Of a stretch of DNA of 33,584 nucleotides, positions 11,467-21,838 are shown in pieces; position 1 is the stretch's first letter; each line of letters starts with the position of its first letter. Source of the DNA: Macrostomum lignano (lineage: Eukaryota); contig NIVC01004844.1 in the NCBI GenBank assembly GCA_002269645.1, positions 1 to 33,584 on the forward strand. Direction: 5' to 3'. The notes beneath the pieces were generated by a model that was not told the origin of the DNA, made no database searches, and saw only the letters and a list, made by a program, of their open reading frames with translations. The translations under genes and the position numbers were made by a program.

Positions 11467-11491
11467 GGGGGTTTGGGGTTTGGGGGTTGGG
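11467..11491 (+). promoter_or_regulatory. Potential G-quadruplex motif upstream of the nuclear receptor gene
   Basis: GGGGG-TTT-GGGG-TTT-GGGGG-TT-GGG, about 230 bp upstream of the ATG at 11720. Confidence 0.45.
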
Positions 11492-11719
11492 CGCCAAACA
11501 GAGAAGAGTCTGCGCCCGCGCCTCGTGCCCGACTCAAGACACCGGCCACGTGCCCAAGCCAGCAAGTGACCGCCTATAGGACTGGCTAGAAGCAAGTCTC
11601 TCTGACAGGGAGGCCAGACTATTTAGCCAGTCGCAGCACAAGAAGCTCTGCCCCGACTAACTGTAAGTCAGTGGGAAAGCAACTGCCGTCACAGTGAATT
11701 ATTCCACTGCAAACAGACA

Positions 11720-14700
11720 ATGAACGAAAGCAGCCGCAGCAGTAGCGAGATGATCAACAGGCTTTTTAGCCAGTTCGGCATTCCATTTGTCAAAGATCGA
11801 ACTGGCTGCAGCTTGGCCGCCTGCGGCACCGCCGTGTGCCAGCAGGCGCTCAGCCGACGTCGGTTGAGTTCGCGCAGAGTCATGGAGAGAGCGACAGCCG
11901 GTCGGAGTCGAGTCGACAGGAAGAGACGCTTCCGCTTGGAAGGCGCCAGCGCAGGGAGCAGCGAAGTGGCGTGCGTGGTGTGCGAAGACGAGGCCTCCGG
12001 CTGGCACTACGGTGCAGTCACCTGCGACAGGTGAGCCACTGTCATTTCCTTCCTCTTTTGATGTTGAAAACTTTAATTTCGAGAATGTATCCAGATAAAA
12101 GTGCCTTTTATGATTTAGAGTTGGCCTTTTACAAAAAGTTGCATTACCGAGACATGAAGCTTGATGGCTTTACAATAAATCAGTGTATACTGTAATGATT
12201 CTCAAACTTAGCTCAAAATGCGCCCATGTGTCTCAACAGTTGCAAGTCATTCTTCGAGCGGTCGGTAAAAGACCGGCACATCTATGACTGCCACTTCAAT
12301 CGAGACTGCGACCTGCGACTGCAGAGGAGAAACCACTGTCAGGGCTGCAGGTGGGACAGGTGTCTCGATGCCGGAATGATTGTCAGCGGTAAGTGAGGCT
12401 CAGTGAGTTCTTCCATTGCACAGGCTTCTATTTGGATTCACTAATTTTTACCCGCTCGTATTCTTAATCGAATTTGCAGCCGTCTGCAAGACCCGCGCTC
12501 TTGGGAATGACATCGAGACTGATGCACATCCGCATCTTGTAAGATCCTCTGCCAATCGTTCGTTCGACCTCGTTTGCATTTTACTCATTTTATTCAGCAC
12601 ATCGCAGTACGTTTTTATATGGTTCATATAAAAGCTGCAATGAACCTAACCTGTAGAATTCTACTCCCCGAGGTCTGGTACGCTTACTCCCCGAGGTCTG
12701 GTACGCTTACTCCCCGAGGCCTAGTACGCTTACTCCCCAAGGCCTAGTACGCTTACTCCCCGAGGCCTAGTACGCTTACTCCCCGAGGCCTAGTACGCTT
12801 ACTCCCCGAGGCCTAGTACGCTTACTCCCCAAGGCCTAGTACGCTTACTCCCCGAGGCCTAGTACGCTTACTCCCCGAGGCCTAGTACGCTTACTCCCCG
12901 AGGCCTAGTACGCTTACTCCCCGAGGTCTAGTACGCTTACTCCCCGAGGTCTAGTACGCTTACTCCCCGAGGCCTAGTAGCATGCAGATTTTCTCCTGAG
13001 GTTCTGAGGTCGCGGAGATTTTTGAGTCATAAAGGCATTAGTCTCAGTCTATCTGCGACACCTTAAGATAACCCCTCTCCCCACCGCAGAGGCACCGGCA
13101 CTGGACTCGCCTGGAAGCTGAGGACATGCTCCGTATGGCGGACCAGTCCTCAAACCTGGCCGTGACGCCGCGTCCATCGCTACCCAGCCCGACAGACACC
13201 GAAAATAGCCAGTACGACGGATTCTGGGAAGATGAAGCCGGCAATTGGACCGCTCTCAACGACAGCCAACCGCGCCAGGAGTCCATGCCCATTAGCTTTG
13301 AACTCGTGCGCGACGCTCTGATCCCGCTTGACGCGCCTGAGACTCTGGCGGCTCGACTCACCGACCTGGAGCGGTCCTGTCTGGCCACTCTGTTCCGGTG
13401 GAACAAGCGCCGTTTGGAGCACCGGTCGGACAATTCAAACGGAAACTTTGGCGCGGCTGCAGCCAATTGGGCGCCAATTTTGTTGGCCTCCGCGACGCGT
13501 CAATTCTTGGCAAGTTGCCTAATCCTACCAACTGAGTCGGGAAAGTTGCTTACAGTCGCTTTAGTCGATCGACTTAAATGGCTGCTGCGAGGACGGGAGT
13601 TCGAATTCGAACCGCTTCTAGATCAGTTTGGTAAGTTTCCAAGATTTGCTTTTCGGTGTTGGTCTAGATTCAGCTAGAACCAGGCTAAAGACACTCAATG
13701 CATTCAGCTATGGCCTGGCCATAGACACTCAATGCATTCAGTTATGGCCTGGTCATAGATACTCAATGCATTCAGTTATGGCCTGGTCATAGACACTCAA
13801 TGCATTCAGTTATGATCCGGCCATAGACACTCAAGGAATTAAGCTATGATGTGGCCATAGACACTCAATGCATTAAGCTATTACCTGGTCATAGACACTC
13901 AATGCATTCAGTTATGGCCTGGTCATAGATACTCAATGCATTCAGCTATGATCTGGCCATAGATACTCAATGCATTCAGCTATGGCCTGACCATAGACAA
14001 TGCATTCAGTTATGGCCTGGTCATAGATACTCAATGCATTCAGCTATGGCCTGGCCATAGATACTCAATGCATTCAGCTATGGCCTGGCCATAGACACTC
14101 AATGCATTCAGCTATGGCCTGGCCATAGACACTCAATGCATTCAGCTATGATCCGGCCATAGACACCTCAAGGAATTAAGCTATGATCTGGCCATAGACA
14201 CTCAATGCATTCAGCTATGATCCGGCCATAGACACCTCAAGGAATTAAGCTATGATCTGGCCATAGACACTCAATGCATTCAGCTAAGGGCCTGGCCATA
14301 GACAGTAAATTTCTGTAAGTAGCTCAGTAATGGTAGGATTTCGAAATTATTTGGTAAAAAATTACTAGCTTAGAAAATTAAGCTTCTAAAATCGCTTTCA
14401 CTGCAGAGAACTTGGCAAAGCAAATAGGCGAAATGTGCAATCAATTGTTGAGCACCATACAAGAGGCTAAGCGTGATGTCATTCGCGACATCATTCTACT
14501 CATGGGAGAGCATACTGAGGATGGTAAGCTAAATGTTTGTTTTTAATATAGAGTTCATTAGGCAGTCTAGCTTAGACAAAGTTAAATAATAACTAAAAAA
14601 AGCTGTCAGCATCAATACAGGTTGCTTTTCGGTTCCATTAAAACTACCTTTTTAAAATACCAGAAAAAGATGCAAAGCATAGAGAGCCGCAAGACAGCCT

Positions 14701-15900
14701 ATACGTTACTATACAGTGCTTTTCCAAGCTCAATGGAAAAACCTACGAAAGAGGGGGGGTTGGCTGAGTTTAGCTGGGTGAATGAGCTAGAAAATCCTAT
14801 TGAGCTCAAAGCTTCATAGTCAAAAATGAATTGCAACAGCCCTTACATATTGAGCCATCGTTTCAGTCAACCCAGAGTAGGCAGTCGTTCACGTGGACGG
14901 CACGTTTGCATTGTCTTCTCTGGCCTCTCAGCCCCTCTCTCTCCCTTTGTGACTGCCCTGTGGACGAAAGCCCGAACATAGATATAGTATTTTAATGCTG
15001 GGGCCGCTGCCCCGAAAATGCAGAATCTCGAACCAGCTAGGTACACTTGTAGGCCATAACAATGCTTTTCTACCATTGTAAAAGCGGTGTGCCTGACCTA
15101 GTTATGAAATGAGCTTGTTTTGAGACAAATTTGGAAAAGATGGCAGTTTTTATGCAGAAATCAGTGCGAGATTTAATGGGGCTTGTGGGCTGCAGCTCTC
15201 CCTCAGTTCCTTCAGTGTGGACTGCAGCTCTCCCTCAGTTCCTTCAGTGTGGACTGTAGCTCTTCCTCAGTTACTTCAGTGTGGACTGCAGCTCTCCCTC
15301 AGTTCCTTCAGTGTGGACTGCAGCTCTTCCTCAGTTCCTACAGTGTGGGCTGCGGCTCTCCCTCAGTTCCTTCAGTGTGGACTGCAGCTCTCCCTCAGTT
15401 CCTTCAGTGTGGACTGCAGCTCTCCATCAGTTCCTTCAGTGTGGACTGCAGCTCTCCATCAGTTCCTTCAGTGTGGACTGCAGCTCTTCCTCAGTTCCTT
15501 CAGTGTGGACTGCAGCTCTCCATCAGTTCCTTCAGTGTGGACTGCAGCTCTTCCTCAGTTCCTTCAGTGTGGACTGTTTCGTGCCACAATTTCAGAACTT
15601 CGTGCCGGACTACAGCAAGCAGACAGCAGTCATCAACAGCAGCAGCAGCAGCACCGACAGCATCGGTCAGCGATGCTCCAGGAGGTGCTGAGCCGACTCG
15701 ACGCCGGTGCTGAGCAGCTGGCATCGGCCAGGCCCGAGCACCGAGCCCTGCTGCTGGCGTCTCTCGTCGCCGAACCGGATTCCACGGCCTCCTCAGCCGC
15801 CACCGACGCTGCTCCGACAGAAGTCGCCGCCGCTGCCGCCGGCTGTCATCAGGAAGACGAAGATGACGCAGTCAGAGTGCCCGTTCTGTTTGGACTTTAG
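11720..15900 (+). CDS. Nuclear hormone receptor (C4 zinc-finger DBD plus divergent LBD-like region), 6 exons, 493 aa
   Basis: Exons 11720-12030, 12240-12388, 12480-12538, 13090-13630, 14407-14523, 15596-15900, all GT-AG with matching phases, total 1482 nt and no internal stop. Spliced DBD: CVVCEDEASGWHYGAVTCDSCKSFFERSVKDRHIYDCHFNRDCDLRLQRRNHCQGCRWDRCLDAGM (8 zinc Cys plus the extra conserved Cys). LATLFRWNKRR and NWAPILL resemble LBD helix 3 and helix 5 signatures. Subfamily not assignable by eye. The DBD exons are near certain, the distal exons somewhat less so. Confidence 0.9.
12662..12979. repeat. Minisatellite, 23-bp unit TACTCCCCGAGGCCTAGTACGCT, ~14 copies (receptor intron 3)
   Basis: Directly visible tandem units. 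Confidence 0.95.
13689..14303. repeat. Minisatellite, 34-bp unit ATAGACACTCAATGCATTCAGCTATGGCCTGGCC, ~18 copies (receptor intron 4)
   Basis: Directly visible tandem units with an AGGAATTAAG variant. Confidence 0.95.
15183..15576. repeat. Minisatellite, 32-bp unit CAGCTCTCCCTCAGTTCCTTCAGTGTGGACTG, ~12 copies (receptor intron 5)
   Basis: Tandem units end about 20 nt before the acceptor of exon 6. Confidence 0.95.
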
Positions 15901-16089
15901 CTGGTTTTATTAATAGTAGCTATATAAACATTACAAAACGGTCAATCAAGTATCCGATACATGTTGCTTTAGCTAGTTTGCTTTTCTTTGATTTTGTTTG
16001 CCTTTGAAGCAGGCTTCCATTTTTATTGGTCAAAGACGTACGCAGGTTTTCCGTCTAGTTTGGGGTCTTGGGCTGACGCTGTGAGAGTT

Positions 16090-16437
16090 TGGCACTCCTG
16101 CCGCAGAAAGTGGCACCCTTAGCGCAGAAAGTGGCACCCTTAGCGCAGAAAGTGGCACCCTTAGCGCAGAAAGTGGCACCGTAGCGCAGAAAGTGGCACC
16201 CTTAGCGCAGAAAGTGGCACCCTTAGCGCAGAAAGTAGCACCCTTAGCGCAGAAAGTGGCACCCCTGGCACAGAAAATAGCGCCACATTGGCACAAAAAT
16301 AGCACCATTGGCACAGAAGGTGGCACCCCTAGCACAGAAAGTGGCACCCCTAGCACAGAAAGTGGCACCCCTAGCACAGAAAGTGGCACCCCTAGCACAG
16401 AAAGTGGCACCCCTAGCACAGAAAATGGCATCCCTAA
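16090..16437. repeat. Minisatellite, 21-bp unit AGAAAGTGGCACCCTTAGCGC, ~16 copies
   Basis: Directly visible tandem units 3' of the receptor gene. Confidence 0.93.
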
Positions 16438-16797
16438 CTTTTAACGTCAGATGGCCTTCTCCGTACGCCGCTGACACTAACCTGCTTATCTTTGCTTACA
16501 ATTCATTTTTTCGCCAAAAGTAAGGACTGACTACTTGCTACTCAAATAGGAATTAACTAATAATTGCGAATAATCTGCAGCATAAAGTTTGATTGCACTT
16601 ATACAGAAAAAAACAAAAACCTGTGCACACTTTTACCGTAAAATGACATTTTAGCTTTTTTTCTTTAAAAATCAGCAAATACACTGGGCTGAATGTTGAC
16701 GTATTGAAATCATTGGAACCAAAGCATTACGACTTTCACCAAAACATTCTTGTACAGGAGAAGACGAATGTATCCATCTAACCAGCTAACCAAATAG

Positions 16798-16878
16798 CTA
16801 ATTAACAAACAAACAAACAAACTAACTAACTAACTAACTAACAAACTAACTAACAAACTAACAAACTAACAAACAAAC

Positions 16879-16910
<32 letters not shown>

Positions 16911-16996
16911 AAACAAACAAACAAACAAACAAACAAACTAACTAACTAAAAAACAAACAAACAAACAAACAAACAAATTCAAACAAACAAACAAAC

Positions 16997-17048
<52 letters not shown>

Positions 17049-17049
17049 G

Positions 17050-17145
<96 letters not shown>

Positions 17146-17158
17146 GACTAACTAACTA
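16798..17158. repeat. Compound (AAAC)n/(TAAC)n microsatellite
   Basis: Alternating blocks of AAAC and TAAC. Confidence 0.96.
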
Positions 17159-17599
17159 AATAAATAAAGGCGGTTTTACATTAAAGCTAGCAGCTCTTTG
17201 GGTCAAATGTTGCCCAAATCAAAACACATTTTGTTCAAAACCATTGTAAAATTAATTAAAAACATCTTTGACCAGTGGAGCAACCGGCGAGTAATTTAAC
17301 CGGCCTCTGTACAGTGTGTACAGCAACTCTGACTTCTCTCGCTCATCTGCTTACTCATATAATGCCTTGGGGGGTTTGTCTCTCAGTGGTAAAACTTTTT
17401 AAATAATTCCTACACCTGCCTCGCTGCATACCTCAGACACTGATTCTTACGTATTCCTATTTCGATGTACAAAAATTTTGATCGATGCTAAAAAATTAAC
17501 GAGCCAATCAGCAGACGCGCTGTTGTTAGAAGTTGATGCTCAGAGAAGGCATAATAATTTAATAAGCTATCGTTAATTGAAGCATTTGTAACTGCAAGC

Positions 17600-18247
17600 A
17601 TGTTTTCTTGGCCTCTCGTTGCCCAGCTGCTGATGCTGCTGCTGCTGTCGTCGGGCCCAGTCGGTGGCGCCGCAGACGGCGACGCTTCCAACCGGCTCGG
17701 CCCGCCGACTCACTCGGAGGTCGCCGACGCTATCGCGGAGCTCCGAGATCAGCGGACGGCCGGTCCGGCGGCAACCGCGGCTGCTGCAGCGCTGAGCCGG
17801 GCGATGCTCCTGCTGAAACGGATGGAGCTGCACGGAGGCTGGGACGGCGAGCTGGCCAAGCTGACCTTCGACTGGGCCACCGCCAGCCGCACCCTGTCCA
17901 CCGTGGACACCATCGGCCTGCCGGGCGAGTCTGTCGAGTTTCAACTCAAAGATCAGCCGGAAGGCACCGTCTACGTCTGCCTCAACGCCAGCCGCGATGC
18001 CGGCGCGGCGATGTCGGAAGTCCGGCCGCTGCGATCCGGCGGCAGAGTCCAGGTGCGCCTGGTGCCCTACAAGAGTCCCCTGACTGGCAAGCCGTGGCAG
18101 CAGTTGGAGCTCACTGTGCAGCAGCTGACCTGCTGGGACACCGGGAGGCGGTACACCTGCTGCGCTTTGCAGCCTCCAACGGCTGCCGGTGACGTCATCC
18201 AATGCCGAGTGTTCGGAGTCCAGTCGCCGCTCTGCCCATTGCACTAG
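17600..18247 (+). CDS. Secreted protein with a single non-canonical Ig-like domain, 215 aa, single exon
   Basis: Hydrophobic signal peptide MFSWPLVAQLLMLLLLSSGPVGG, strongly GC3-biased codons in an AT-rich neighbourhood, PGESVEFQL (A'-B strand-like) and LELTVQQLTCWDTGRRYTC matching the Ig E-F strand L.I..L...D.G.Y.C pattern. No transmembrane segment. The Ig assignment is motif inference. Confidence 0.75.
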   Translation: MFSWPLVAQLLMLLLLSSGPVGGAADGDASNRLGPPTHSEVADAIAELRDQRTAGPAATAAAAALSRAMLLLKRMELHGGWDGELAKLTFDWATASRTLSTVDTIGLPGESVEFQLKDQPEGTVYVCLNASRDAGAAMSEVRPLRSGGRVQVRLVPYKSPLTGKPWQQLELTVQQLTCWDTGRRYTCCALQPPTAAGDVIQCRVFGVQSPLCPLH

Positions 18248-18900
18248 TTACCGTAGATTTTTGTTGCAACTCAAATACACGGCCACGCATTGCTTGCTTC
18301 TCGTTTATTAGTTCTCTATCAGAAAATGCAGATTTTAGGTAGAAATGTCTTGATCTGTTTTTTATTGTTCTGTAAAGCTATCTGATCTCTGTTATATATG
18401 TAGCATCCTGTGAACACAGATATCCCTGATCTCTGTTCTGTGGCATCATGTGAGTACTGGGGCCCGTGCTATAGGATCCATGAGCTAGGAGGTAAGAGTG
18501 CTCTTAACAAGGAGTGGATGAAATTAGCGTGCTACAGGTATCGGGAGTCAAGAGTTAGGAATGCGGGGGTTGTTTCAAGGAGTGCAGGCTGCAGCCTAGG
18601 AGGGCCCTAGGTGTGTTGCGCAGCTGCTATATCCGACTCCTAACACTTCTCAAGGAGTGATTGCATGATTTTTAGAGATTCCACACCTTTTCACTTTCAG
18701 TTTTGAACTATCTGCAACCAATTTTAATTTTCTGGCATCCGATTCCGATTTAACCGCATCGAATGCGCCCGATTTGTGTCTTTTTAAAATTTTGATTCGA
18801 TCCCAGCTACCAGTCAGTCAATCACGACACCTCTGTCAATCTATCTACATATATCTAGCAACCTCAATATCGATGAATAGCATTCCGTGAGTACTGATCT

Positions 18901-19158
18901 CACTATTATCTGTTAGCATGATTGATTTATTGTGAAAAATGCAGCTCAAAGTTTGAAGCATTCTTGCTAACCTTTATATTTTAAATTCATATACGAGTAA
19001 AATGAAAAGCAATAGCGGTCACATGAAATAACTCGTTAGGAATATTTAACGGAATTATAGCAAAAATCACTGCATGTCCACAGAGCTAAGTAGAGACAAG
19101 CGGCGTATATATTCGTATTTGTACTATAAAGTTCCAATAGAACACAATGTACTAACCA
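18901..19158 (+). repeat. Dispersed ~260-bp repeat, copy 1 (copy 2 at 22701-22974)
   Basis: Collinear shared blocks: CACTA..CTGTTA, ATTGATTT.TTGTG, TTCTTGCTAAC, GTAAAATGAAA.GCA, AACTCGTTAGGAATATT, TTTGTACTATAAA.TTCCAATAGAACACAATGTACTAACCA. Confidence 0.85.
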
Positions 19159-19219
19159 GTATTTGCAGATGAGAGCGAAGAAATATTTTAGCTGCAAGAA
19201 ATTTTTGAGCAACTCTCTC

Positions 19220-19403
<184 letters not shown>

Positions 19404-19423
19404 GAATATATATTTCAAGATAA

Positions 19424-20630
19424 CATACAGCTGTCCAACAGGACCTTCTACCAACCTCTTGCCTCTGCAATGAGCGCCGAGACCAGTGCCACTATGAAAA
19501 CAATTTTTCAAGATCTTAAGGAAGAAAAGATAATTACTAATCATCAATACTCGCAACTGATCCTAGCGCCAATCCTAAAGATTGAATATTTTGTCTTTTG
19601 CCAAAAAAAATCACAAGGATCCCGAAGAATGGCCTACTCCTGGAGTGCCTCCAGGGAGACCCTTTGTCTCGGACTGCAGCTCGGAAAGCTACATGAGCGC
19701 CAAATTTATCGATCTCTTCCTGCAGCCCATCGCTAAGGAACAAAACTTCTTCATCCGAGAACGCCAAGAGGCTTCGTCAACTCTCAGTCGTATCTCTCTG
19801 CTTAGTCTACAAGGCGATGGACGCCATTAGAGATGCCTTTCAAAAATTTCCCCAAACCTTACTTGCACTCCTGGACATAAACTTGAGCAAAAAAGATTTT
19901 GTTTTCAACGACACGCCCTACCTTCAAGTCAAAGGCAGAAGCATAGGAAAGGCCTTTGCGCCATCCTACGCCAACATCTTTATGTCTGCCTGGAAATCCA
20001 TGCAAAGCTTTAAAGGTGGCGGCCGAGCGTGCTCTTCCACCACAGAATATCGTCGCTCCACCGAGGGCGTAGCCCGGCAGAACTCGTGTTTGGTCATCGA
20101 TCCCGTGCTCCGGTGGCGTCAACGTTCGATCAGGGCGAAAAGTTTGCCTATAGACCAACATCTGACGCCTCAACGTCAACCGCAGAGTTTCTGGGTTCTG
20201 GATAATTACTCTACGCTACGCCTTGCAAGCAACGACCGACTTGCTTCAATAGCCGCTGGTGCTGAGAATTCTGATGACGAGAGCCTGGATCAGCCACACG
20301 ATGCACCTGCTAATCAAGTGATTCCAACCCCTGACGGCAGTCCTGGACCACAAGACCAAGCTTACTGCGATTAAAGACAGTCCTGCTCTAAACAGCCTCC
20401 CCTCGGTTTCAAATAAAGCGTTGCCTTGCTACGATGATTAGCTATCTGCAAATAATATACATTTATTGAGTTTCCTGCACAACCAGTGTCTCCTACGGTC
20501 ACAACAGCGCCATCCTACACCACATCTTTATGTCTGGCTGGGAATCCAAAGCTTTAGAAGCTGCGCCGTTTACCTCTCGTTTCTTCAAGCGGTGCATTGA
20601 TGACATTTTATGGTTGTCGTCGCTACTGAA
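19424..20630 (+). mobile_element. Decayed Penelope-like retroelement reverse transcriptase fragment
   Basis: Frameshifted motifs in the expected PLE order: QLSNRTFYQPL; LPK(I)HK broken in an A-run; PGRPFVSDCSSESYMSAKFIDLFLQP; LLDINLSKKDFVFNDTPYLQVKGRSIGKAFAPSYANIFM; KRCIDDIL (degenerate R[YF]IDD catalytic motif). No GIY-YIG endonuclease seen. Confidence 0.85.
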
Positions 20631-20920
20631 GTCGAACTATTTGAGTGACATCAGACTGGCTAAGGACACCCTAATCTCCAGATACCTTCGGTCACCTATC
20701 TATCTATCTTCTATGTATCTAATCTCATTTTAGCAGTGCCCAAATGACAATCCTGTAGTTTTTTTAAAATGTACCTATTAATTTCATACGTGTACACTGT
20801 AACTTAATGAAAGGAAGTATTACAGTTTATTTTATTGCATTACTTGCTTCAGTAGTATGAAGAGTGCTGCCTACAGAGAAACAGACGAGTGTTCAAGCTC
20901 GTATGTGTAACAAAAGTAGG

Positions 20921-21546
20921 TCAGCTGACATTTTTTGCTGCCTTGAAGAGAGCCCTAGTCCGGCTTTGAGCTTCTGGCTCTCCGAAAAACCGCACCATTG
21001 TTTGCCTCTCAGACTGGCGACAGTCATTGACTGTTCCAATGGTCTCACCATGACTCCGCGCTACCCAGACCGCCCATGGAGCTCTAGAATTAGCGATCCG
21101 GAGTGGAAACCGACTGCACCCACCCCAAACTCCAGTTTTATAATCGAATGCAGCTCTGTGGCTCGCACGAGTTCGGCAGGCCATGGTGAAATGCAGCTGA
21201 CTCTCTGATCTTCACTCCAGGTTCTTAGTTCTAGAACTCCATGGACAAGCGGGGACTGCGAGAGGCAGGTGGTCCGCAAGCCAGCCCTGTCTGCTGCATC
21301 TTCTCTTTCTTTTCTATCCAGGCAAGCCGACAAAAGAACCAGCTGCCATCCAGAAGGCAGACGACGACTGATGCCCTCCAGCTCGGCCAGCGGACTGCGG
21401 TGGCTCCCGTCTTCCCCCGACCCATGCAGCCCCTCAGCAGTTGGAATCCCATTCGGCTGCATATAAATGAGCACAGCAGGTGAGCCCTGCCGCAGATTAA
21501 GCTGGCACGCATCGCTACTCCGGTTGAGTAACAAGTAACTCGCCAC
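20921..21546 (-). pseudogene. Possible degenerate DEAD-box (eIF4A-like) helicase fragment
   Basis: ISRRLPSGWQLVLLSACL resembles the motif III region (I...LP...QVVLLSAT). In a second frame IANSRAPWAVWV and QSERQTMVRFF resemble motif IV and QxxR regions. No intact DEAD or HRIGR motif; could be chance. Confidence 0.2.
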
Positions 21547-21580
21547 AAGCAGCAGCTTAGCTTATCCAAAAGCAGCAGCA

Positions 21581-21838
21581 ATGAAACTGATCCCAATGCC
21601 GATCTGCCTGCTGGCCCTCTTCGTTAACGTCGCCGTAGGCTCCGCTGATTGCCCCAGCGGGAGCTTTTCTATGTCAAAGAACCTCGGCGGCAAGCAGATC
21701 ACGCAGGTCTTTGAGCGGATGCAAACTAAGCTGGGCTGCATCTGGGTCAGGCATCACCTGCAAGATGGAACCCAGACTGAGGCTCAGCTCAGGGTGCTTA
21801 CTGGTCAGGGGCCCCCGACTGCCGGATGTATAGCGTGA
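21581..21838 (+). CDS. Small putative secreted Cys-containing protein (85 aa unspliced)
   Basis: Signal-peptide-like MKLIPMPICLLALFVNVAVGSA followed by DCPSG, with GC-rich codons. The 3' end is uncertain; a 47-nt GT-AG intron would give ...GCIWGAYWSGAPDCRMYSVNRFNYKRPCP. Confidence 0.5.
   Translation: MKLIPMPICLLALFVNVAVGSADCPSGSFSMSKNLGGKQITQVFERMQTKLGCIWVRHHLQDGTQTEAQLRVLTGQGPPTAGCIA

Noticed and set aside
20263-20320. Hammerhead ribozyme associated with the Penelope-like element (CTGATGA words here and near 499, 2986, 29903, 29953)
   Set aside because: None is followed by a pairing stem II plus GAAA and stem III, so the catalytic core is incomplete by eye. An Infernal search would settle it.
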